Positions 30,982-39,720 of a DNA stretch of 39,720 bases are shown here, piece by piece. The notes below the pieces were generated by a model. That model ran no database searches. It worked only from the letters and a program-made list of their open reading frames with translations, and was not told the DNA's origin. Within the stretch, counting starts at the first letter, position 1, and every line of letters begins with the position of its first letter. Both the position numbers and the translations under genes were made by a program. The DNA is from Eledone cirrhosa (Eukaryota): contig CAXHJY010001223.1 of NCBI GenBank assembly GCA_964016885.1, positions 1-39,720 of the forward strand, in the 5' to 3' direction.

Positions 30982-31514
30982 GGGGGTCTTATCGGAATGC
31001 CTTGCTAAAGAATCTCCCTGTACCTCTTGCTGAAAAGACTGAAAAGACTGCGGAATCTGCTACCCATGAAGTGATTGCCATTGGGGTACCAGAGGACAAG
31101 GTTGATCTTCAAGCATTTGCTGCCAGCTCAGCCAAAGACCTAGGCTGTGTTCCCCCAAAGGGTGCTCTCCGCCTTGGTCGACCTGGTCCAAAACCCAGAC
31201 TCATCAGGCTGTCTTTTTCGGACCCCGCAGAGGCAACCTCATATCATCTGGCCTCTGCTAAAGCTGGGCGTGAACATCGGATTACCTTCCGAACACGCCC
31301 AGGCCTACCACCCCATGTACGTCCAAAGCTACGTGCTGCAGCTTCCTTGAATCGGAACTCAGCACAAGATGAAAGTTTTAGTCTGCGTGATAATGGGCAG
31401 ATCTGGAGGTTTGTCAAGGCTGGTGAAACGTGGAAGAGAGATACCAGCTGGTCTGAGTGTGATCTACCCACAATAACTGGCAATGTAAACACTGCTACAA
31501 CTCTGGGAAACTAA
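30978..31514 (+). CDS. CR1 ORF1 C-terminal part (RRM-like LINE ORF1 domain)
   Basis: VIAIGVPE...LRLGRPGPKPRLIRLSF...RPGLP resembles the I.G.PE / R.G....RP..V.F / PDL pattern of LINE ORF1s. Overlaps the upstream ORF by ATGA. Confidence 0.7.
   Translation: MRGSYRNALLKNLPVPLAEKTEKTAESATHEVIAIGVPEDKVDLQAFAASSAKDLGCVPPKGALRLGRPGPKPRLIRLSFSDPAEATSYHLASAKAGREHRITFRTRPGLPPHVRPKLRAAASLNRNSAQDESFSLRDNGQIWRFVKAGETWKRDTSWSECDLPTITGNVNTATTLGN
31505..31511 (+). promoter_or_regulatory. Candidate -1 ribosomal frameshift heptamer G_GGA_AAC at the ORF1/ORF2 junction
   Basis: ORF1 codons read CTG GGA AAC TAA. The -1 frame is the ORF2 frame, open from 31463 with no ATG before the endonuclease motif. Confidence 0.55.
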
Positions 31515-31570
31515 ACCAGAACAACCTGCCACCCTCTACACACCATCATAAACTGCGAGCAGGGTACAAA

Positions 31571-34337
31571 TTGTTGTCCTTAAATGCTCGCAGTTTATGC
31601 AACAAGATACATCTGTTCGAATCCTACGTCAGAAGCATCGACCCTGACTTCTTCACAGTCACGGAAACATGGGCACATTCCTTACTCTGTGATGGGGTTT
31701 TCACCATTACTGGGTACAACCGTTTCCGCAAGGACCGTATTAACCGCCATGGTGGTGGTGTGATGGTCTATGTTCGTTCAAACTTTTCGGTAATTCCTTG
31801 CGTTGATTTGAACGAATCACAGGAAGAAGTTTTTTTCTGTGACATACGTATGACCATGTCAACACTTCTGCTTGGTGTTGTTTATCGCCCCCCAAACTAC
31901 CATCAGGACACACAGCTTTGCGATATCCTCAGAGTTGCTGCCAAGAAAACAGCCACTTATGTGTTTATTGCAGGTGACTTCAATCATCCTGAGATCGATT
32001 GGGAAACCTTTCGTTGGCCACAAGGTGCAAACGATTTCCTTGAACTAGTGCTGGACTCAAACTGGTCACAAGTAGTCACCTCTCCAACAAGAGGTGACAA
32101 CACTTTGGACCTGATCTTCACCACTACTCCTGAAGTGGTTATCAGTTGTACTACTGAGGAACCTCTAGGCGACTCTGATCATGCTATGATCATTGCCAAT
32201 CTGGCACTTGAGGGCAGCAACAAAAACCAGAGCCATCTCCAATCTGCTTGCTTTGATTGGAAGAGGGCGGATTGGAACTTGTACTGCACTGAGCTACAGC
32301 GCCCAAACTGGCATGAGATGTATAACTCTGGAGATGTGAACTCTATACTCCAGAGCATCCTGGACTCAATATGGATAGCGTGTGCAGCATCAGTGCCACG
32401 GAAGCGGAAAAATAACCACCCCAAAAGTGCAATCTGGGAAACTTCAGCGGTCCGACTTGCCAGGAAAGAACGTCGGAACGCTGAACGGGAATATAAACTG
32501 CATAAATCAGATGCCAACAGAAAAAAAGCGGAATAAATCTTCTAACCATCTCAAGCAAGTGACAAAGAAGGCAGTGCTTGAATTTGAACAGTGCATCGCA
32601 ACCAATCCTGACAGTAAGGTGTTCTGGAAATATGTTCATTCAAAGCAGAGACCTCACTCTCCAGTTGGTCCTCTTCGCAATCCCCACACAAGCCAGATCA
32701 CTGACGATCCCAAGGAATGCGCAGAACTCATTGCTGAGTGCTATGCAAGTATTTTTACTGTTGAAAACCAGAATGTACCATCTCCACCATCTCTAACATC
32801 AAATTCCATAACAACTATGGAATTTACACCTGCAATGTTGCGACGTCACCTTAAGAATAAGCGCAACTATGCCTCCCCCGGTCTTGATGGTGTGACATAC
32901 CTGCTTCTCAAACGTGGCGGGTATTTCCTTTTGCGCCAGCTTTCTTTCTTCTTTCAATACTGTCTCAACAATGGTGCTACTCAGGAGCAGTGGAAAACTG
33001 CCAGTGTCATTCCCCTGTTCAAAAAGGGCAACCGCATGTCACCTGTCAACTATCGTCCAGTCAGTCTTACTAGCTGTATGACCAAACTGATGGAATCCTG
33101 TGTCAGAGAAACACTTTGGAACTTCTGGAGCTCTGACAGCCTCATCCGGCCCTCACAGTTTGGATTTATCCCTAACTCCAGCTGCTGTGATCAGCTTATC
33201 GAGTTCCTTGAGGACATCACCCGGATCACTGACAGCGGCTCATGGGTGGATGTTGTTTACCTTGACTTTGCTAAGGCTTTTAATTCTGTGCCACACAAAA
33301 GACTTATGGCAAAACTCTCTGCAATGGGTGTGAGGGATGATCTTTTCGACTGGTTGAAATCCTTCATTCTCAGCCGAAAGGAAGTAGTCACGGTTCTAGG
33401 ACAGCATTCTTCACCGTATGAGATGTCATCTGGTGTACCACAGGGATCTGTTCTTGGTCCTCTTTTGTTTGTGGCATATATTAATGACATAGATGCCAAC
33501 TTACAGAATGCCACGGTACTAAAATATGCAGATGACATCAAGCTGTACCTTGAAATCAAAAGGACTGATCCTGAAATTTACAACTCTTTCCTACAATCAG
33601 ACCTGGACACAATGCAGCAATGGATCACAGACTGGCAACTGAAGCTGGCTGTGGACAAGTGTACCACCATGCATTTTGGAAGGAAAAATCCAGCGTCCAC
33701 ATACTCCCTCCACAACACTGATATCAAAAAGTCCTCTTGTGAACGTGACCTGGGCATTACTGTCAGCAACGATTTGCGTTGGACAAAGCATGTCTCTAAG
33801 ATTGTCAAGAAGGCCGAGGGTGTCTTGGCATCACTCAGCAAGACCTTTGTTAGCCGCTCTCCAGCCATCTATTTAAAACTGTATACAGCTATGGTGCGAC
33901 CACACTTGGAATTCGCATCATCAGTCTGGAACCCCTATCTTGCTCGGAACATTGACCTCCTGGAAACTGTTCAGAGACGTGCAACCAAACGCATACCCTC
34001 CATCAGACACCTACCATACTCTGAACGCCTTGCTTCCCTGGGCATGGATTCATTGAAGCTCCGACGTCTGGCAATGGACTTGGTGAATACCCACAAAGTT
34101 TTTAACCATCTCGCCAATTGCAACCCTGAGCGCCTCTTTGATCTCCATGTGTCTAACACACGTGGACATGCCTACAAGATCAGAAAACAGCACAGCTCCC
34201 ATGACTCTCGTAGACATTTTTTCACGCTCAGAGTTGCTGAAGCATGGAACAAACTGCCTGCGTCAATTGTAAGCTGCCGAGACACTGCATCCTTTAAGAC
34301 ACTCATGCTTCCCGAAATACGCCAAAACTACACCTGA
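31571..34337 (+). pseudogene. CR1 ORF2 (APE endonuclease plus RT) with one frameshift at an A7 run (32521-32527)
   Basis: LNARSL, TETW, GDFN, LDL, SDH; PGLDG, YRPVSLT, DFAKAF, PQGSVLGP, YADD; CR1-type C-terminus RPHLEF..VWNPY, QRRATK, YSERL, TRGH, FF..RV...WN.LP. Confidence 0.92.
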
Positions 34338-34389
34338 TGTACCCCTTCCATACACATGCACACATGTGTGTATCATGACTCGTGCACTT

Positions 34390-34618
34390 TTCATTTTACT
34401 GATGTTTGTGCATTGCCCTATGTACTGTACATGCACTTTTTTGATGAGTTGTGGTGCACCTGGGCACTGTACACAATATTTCATTATTGTTATTGTTATT
34501 ATATCATGAGTCATACACTGTTCATTTTCCTGACATTTGTACATTATTCTATGTTCTATACATGCACCTTTGATGAGTTGTAGTGCACCTGAGCACTGTA
34601 CACAATAATTTCATTATT
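34390..34618 (+). repeat. Tandemly duplicated CR1 3' terminus (~130-bp unit), each with a hairpin and an ATT-type tail
   Basis: ttgatgagttgtggtgcacctgggcactgtacacaatatttcattatt versus ttgatgagttgtagtgcacctgagcactgtacacaataatttcattatt. Confidence 0.8.
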
Positions 34619-34961
34619 ATAATACATAAAGTGAGTGAAAGTGGGGTGAAAAGAAGAAATGTGTGTCGTCTGAACTAATATCCTCTACTTTCAACGAACT
34701 TAGCCTACACCTCTTGGTCCCGGCTGACAGGATGGAGAATACAGCGCCCAGGAGGACGGGTTTCGGACCTGCGGGCGGCCAACTCCGCTCCGATAGAAAT
34801 GTGTAACATTGTGGCACGGTACCAATAAACACTTGAAGTCTCCTCTACGACAGGCTCTACAACGAATTACATTTTAGTAAGAGATGAAGTAATACCACAT
34901 CTGTCATTATCTTTGATATCTAATATGAAAATACTATACCTAAACGTCGGAATTATCAAGT

Positions 34962-35043
34962 GGTAGCGTGGCCGAGCGGTCTAAGGCACTGGTTTAAGGC
35001 ACCAGTCTCTTCGGAGGCGTGGGTTCGAATCCCACCGCTGCCA
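34962..35043 (+). tRNA. tRNA-Leu(AAG), intact
   Basis: All stems pair (GGTAGCG/CGCTGCC; CTGGT/ACCAG); loop TT-AAG-GC; T6 terminator. Confidence 0.93.
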
Positions 35044-35829
35044 TTTTTTATTTTTTACTTTTTCATACATCAAGTTGATATGATTTTTAAAAGTAATTTG
35101 TAGAATGTGTGCATGCACTTACACGCATAATTAATCGTAAGGTCCCCACTGAATATAAAGAATATGATGAGTATTCTTGCTGTCCACTCGGATCAGCCGC
35201 GTCGGCTTAAGCTGCAAGGTGAGACCTGCAGCATCCCAGCCATGCTTGATAATCCCGTCAAGAGTAGCATGGCGTGGAAGGTGGTCGACACTATAGCGGC
35301 AACAATTGTATAAATGACATTAAAAATTGTTTAGAGGTCTTACAAAATGAAAATCTAGATTAAAAAAAGTCGAATCATGTCACTCCGCGTCTCAATGCGT
35401 TTCGTGAGGTGAATGAGTTAAAACGAAAGAAGGAGGGTGGTGAAAATTCAACGGTTAAACAAAAAAAAATCAAATAGCGTTTCATGATTTGCACAAAGCC
35501 TTGCACGGGTGAGTGTGGGTATGTGTGTATGTGTGATAGCGCTTTGCTCAGTGTTTACAGCGTTAGCCCTTGGTTTCGCCCGCGAATTCTTTCAGTCAAA
35601 AAGAAAATCACTCTTTTTCTTCTCTGTTTTTCTCGCTGTTTTTCCTCCTTGGAGCCTCTTGAAATGTGTTTACCATCATTCCTTTGATATATAACTATTA
35701 TGCAATACACACCTGATAATGTCACTAGGTTCATACGTAACTTGACCACTGAAATGTGCTTAGTGTCTACGGGAATAAAAATTGGAAGGAATTCAATCTG
35801 TCTTGCCTGCAGTCAATTTACTTTATAAC

Positions 35830-35962
<133 letters not shown>

Positions 35963-36394
35963 GGAAGAGTGGGGGTGAGAGAGAGATAATTACGTATATA
36001 TTTGTGTGTGTGATATTTGGTCGTTACTTGTTCTCTTAAATCGAAAGATGACCTGAAGAAAGTTATATTTTAATCTCGACTAACCTGTAACTAAACAATA
36101 TACAAATAACTGTTTCTACGTTAGGCACAAGGCCACCAATTAACCAGTGCATTACTGGTACTTTATTTTATCGACCCCGTAAGGATGACAGGCAAAGTCA
36201 ACTTTGGCGGGATTTGAACTCAGATCGTAAAGGGACTAACAGACATGAAATGGAGAATCCTATAACAGATACAGTTGAGTGATATGTAATGAAACATTGT
36301 TAAAAGATGAAGTAATACCTCCATTGTAATACCTCCATTGTAATTCTCTGTTACTAATATACAAATATGATAACTGAGAATTAATGTCAACGCT

Positions 36395-36476
36395 GGTAGT
36401 GTGGCCGAGTGGTCTAAGGTGCTGGTTTTAGGCACCAGTCTCTTTGGAGGCGTGGGTTCGAATCCCATCACTGCCA
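36395..36476 (+). tRNA. tRNA-Leu(TAG), near-intact
   Basis: As 29052-29133, except a C>T change that gives a G-U pair in the D stem. Confidence 0.9.
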
Positions 36477-37100
36477 ATAGTTTTTGTTACCTTACTTTTT
36501 TCATATGGCCTTAATAATTGTATCAGCTATAGGCACCAGGCCATCAGTTTGAAGTCGATTAAATCGACTCCAGTGCATTACAGGTGCTTTATTTTATCGA
36601 CGCCATAAGGATAAAATGCAAAGCTTAACCTCGTCAGGGTTTGACCTCAGAACGTTAAGGGACGTAACTCTATGTCGTAAAGCATAATGTCCTATGCTTT
36701 ACCGATACTGTAATCCACCACCCTTCATATGGCCTTAATGATCAATAATATTTACACATAATACATAAAGTGAGTGAAAGTGGGGTGAAAAGAAGAAATG
36801 TGTGTCGTCTGAACTAATATCCTCTACTTTCAACTAACTTAGCCTACACCTCTTGGTCCCGGCTGACAGGATGGAGAATACAGCGCCCAGGAGGACGGGT
36901 TTCGGACCTGCGGGCGGCCAACTCCGCTCCGATAGAAATGTGTAACATTGTGGCACGGTACCAATAAACACTTGAAGTCTCCTCTACGACAGGCTCTACA
37001 ACGAATTACATTTTAGTAAGAGATGAAGTAATACCACATCTGTCATTATCTTTGATATCTAATATGAAAATACTATACCTAAACGTCGGAATTATCAAGT

Positions 37101-37182
37101 AGTAGCTTGGCCGAGCGGTCTAAGGCGCTGATTTAAGGCACCAGTCTCTTCGGAGGCGTGGGTTCGAATCCCACCGCTGCCA
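37101..37182 (+). tRNA. tRNA-Leu(AAG), variant with three mismatches (probable pseudogene)
   Basis: G1>A plus the same G7>T and anticodon-stem G>A changes as 15230-15311. Confidence 0.72.
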
Positions 37183-37361
37183 TTTTTTATTTTTTACTTT
37201 TTCATACATCAAGTTGATATGATTTTTAAAAGTAATTTGTAGAATGTGTGCATGCACTTACACGCATAATTAATCGTAAGGTCCCCACTGAATATAAAGA
37301 ATATGATGAGTATTTTTGCTGTCCACTCGGTTCAGCCGCGTCGGCTTAAGCTGCAAGGTGA

Positions 37362-39720
37362 GACCATGTCAACACTTCTGCTTGGTGTTGTTTATCGCCC
37401 CCCAAACTACCATCAGGACACACAGCTTTGCGATATCCTCAGAGTTGCTGCCAAGAAAACAGCCACTTATGTGTTTATTGCAGGTGACTTCAATCATCCT
37501 GAGATCGATTGGGAAACCTTTCGTTGGCCACAAGGTGCAAACGATTTCCTTGAACTAGTGCTGGACTCAAACTGGTCACAAGTAGTCACCTCTCCAACAA
37601 GAGGTGACAACACTTTGGACCTGATCTTCACCACTACTCCTGAAGTGGTTATCAGTTGTACTACTGAGGAACCTCTAGGCGACTCTGATCATGCTATGAT
37701 CATTGCCAATCTGGCACTTGAGGGCAGCAACAAAAACCAGAGCCATCTCCAATCTGCTTGCTTTGATTGGAAGAGGGCGGATTGGAACTTGTACTGCACT
37801 GAGCTACAGCGCCCAAACTGGCATGAGATGTATAACTCTGGAGATGTGAACTCTATACTCCAGAGCATCCTGGACTCAATATGGATAGCGTGTGCAGCAT
37901 CAGTGCCACGGAAGCGGAAAAATAACCACCCCAAAAGTGCAATCTGGGAAACTTCAGCGGTCCGACTTGCCAGGAAAGAACGTCGGAACGCTGAACGGGA
38001 ATATAAACTGCATAAATCAGATGCCAACAGAAAAAAAGCGGAATAAATCTTCTAACCATCTCAAGCAAGTGACAAAGAAGGCAGTGCTTGAATTTGAACA
38101 GTGCATCGCAACCAATCCTGACAGTAAGGTGTTCTGGAAATATGTTCATTCAAAGCAGAGACCTCACTCTCCAGTTGGTCCTCTTCGCAATCCCCACACA
38201 AGCCAGATCACTGACGATCCCAAGGAATGCGCAGAACTCATTGCTGAGTGCTATGCAAGTATTTTTACTGTTGAAAACCAGAATGTACCATCTCCACCAT
38301 CTCTAACATCAAATTCCATAACAACTATGGAATTTACACCTGCAATGTTGCGACGTCACCTTAAGAATAAGCGCAACTATGCCTCCCCCGGTCTTGATGG
38401 TGTGACATACCTGCTTCTCAAACGTGGCGGGTATTTCCTTTTGCGCCAGCTTTCTTTCTTCTTTCAATACTGTCTCAACAATGGTGCTACTCAGGAGCAG
38501 TGGAAAACTGCCAGTGTCATTCCCCTGTTCAAAAAGGGCAACCGCATGTCACCTGTCAACTATCGTCCAGTCAGTCTTACTAGCTGTATGGCCAAACTGA
38601 TGGAATCCTGTGTCAGAGAAACACTTTGGAACTTCTGGAGCTCTGACAGCCTCATCCGGCCCTCACAGTTTGGATTTATCCCTAACTCCAGCTGCTGTGA
38701 TCAGCTTATCGAGTTCCTTGAGGACATCACCCGGATCACTGACAGCGGCTCATGGGTGGATGTTGTTTACCTTGACTTTGCTAAGGCTTTTAATTCTGTG
38801 CCACACAAAAGACTTATGGCAAAACTCTCTGCAATGGGTGTGAGGGATGATCTTTTCGACTGGTTGAAATCCTTCATTCTCAGCCGAAAGGAAGTAGTCA
38901 CGGTTCTAGGACAGCATTCTTCACCGTATGAGATGTCATCTGGTGTACCACAGGGATCTGTTCTTGGTCCTCTTTTGTTTGTGGCATATATTAATGACAT
39001 AGATGCCAACTTACAGAATGCCACGGTACTAAAATATGCAGATGACATCAAGCTGTACCTTGAAATCAAAAGGACTGATCCTGAAATTTACAACTCTTTC
39101 CTACAATCAGACCTGGACACAATGCAGCAATGGATCACAGACTGGCAACTGAAGCTGGCTGTGGACAAGTGTACCACCATGCATTTTGGAAGGAAAAATC
39201 CAGCGTCCACATACTCCCTCCACAACACTGATATCAAAAAGTCCTCTTGTGAACGTGACCTGGGCATTACTGTCAGCAACGATTTGCGTTGGACAAAGCA
39301 TGTCTCTAAGATTGTCAAGAAGGCCGAGGGTGTCTTGGCATCACTCAGCAAGACCTTTGTTAGCCGCTCTCCAGCCATCTATTTAAAACTGTATACAGCT
39401 ATGGTGCGACCACACTTGGAATTCGCATCATCAGTCTGGAACCCCTATCTTGCTCGGAACATTGACCTCCTGGAAACTGTTCAGAGACGTGCAACCAAAC
39501 GCATACCCTCCATCAGACACCTACCATACTCTGAACGCCTTGCTTCCCTGGGCATGGATTCATTGAAGCTCCGACGTCTGGCAATGGACTTGGTGAATAC
39601 CCACAAAGTTTTTAACCATCTCGCCAATTGCAACCCTGAGCGCCTCTTTGATCTCCATGTGTCTAACACACGTGGACATGCCTACAAGATCAGAAAACTG
39701 CACAGCTCCCATGACTCTCG
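37362..39720 (+). mobile_element. Second CR1 copy, 5'-truncated within the endonuclease, runs off the window
   Basis: Near-identical to 31852-34210 (offset 5510), with the same A7 frameshift at 38031-38037 and a GACC microhomology junction. Confidence 0.93.

Larger units (their letters stand above)
29420..34618 (+). mobile_element. CR1-clade LINE, apparently full length (~5.2 kb), inserted in the tRNA-array spacer
   Basis: Interrupts the spacer acacATAAT|acataaag, with ATAAT duplicated at 29415-29419 and 34619-34623. PHD-type ORF1, APE-RT ORF2 and an (ATT)n tail. Assignment of 29420-30200 as 5'UTR is uncertain. Confidence 0.88.

Noticed and set aside
34440-34610. TTGATGAG motifs as hammerhead cores
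   Set aside because: No CTGA core or downstream GAAA; they belong to the CR1 3' repeat.
37303-38046. Apparent new gene fusing spacer-derived codons to the CR1 endonuclease
   Set aside because: Chance in-frame junction; lacks the N-terminal catalytic motifs (LNARS, TETW) and has no expression evidence.

Overview
Eukaryotic, repeat-only window with no host protein-coding gene. It is probably octopus (coleoid cephalopod), judging by an abundant octopus-type tRNA-derived SINE. The left 12 kb is a same-orientation stack of Tx1-group (L1-superfamily) non-LTR retrotransposons separated by (GATA)n tracts. One copy (6016-11737) is full length with both ORFs open. From about 14.4 kb onward lies a tandem array of alternating tRNA-Leu(TAG) and tRNA-Leu(AAG) genes with a unit of about 2.14 kb. 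The array is interrupted by further Tx1 copies, a Penelope-like element with an inverted terminus and a decayed hammerhead ribozyme, and two near-identical CR1-clade LINE copies. Best leads: (1) splice signals conserved across the Tx1 copies, namely a 67-68 nt 5'UTR intron-like segment and a GTRAGT donor overlapping the ORF1 stop, which in one subfamily closes a 37-nt intron whose removal would fuse ORF1 to ORF2 in frame; (2) orientation-specific targeting of (TATC)n by these Tx1 elements; (3) a correctly phased G_GGA_AAC -1 frameshift heptamer leading into the ATG-less CR1 ORF2; (4) a fossil restriction-like-endonuclease (CRE-like) retrotransposon fragment in the tRNA-array spacer. All calls were made by eye, and no database searches were run.
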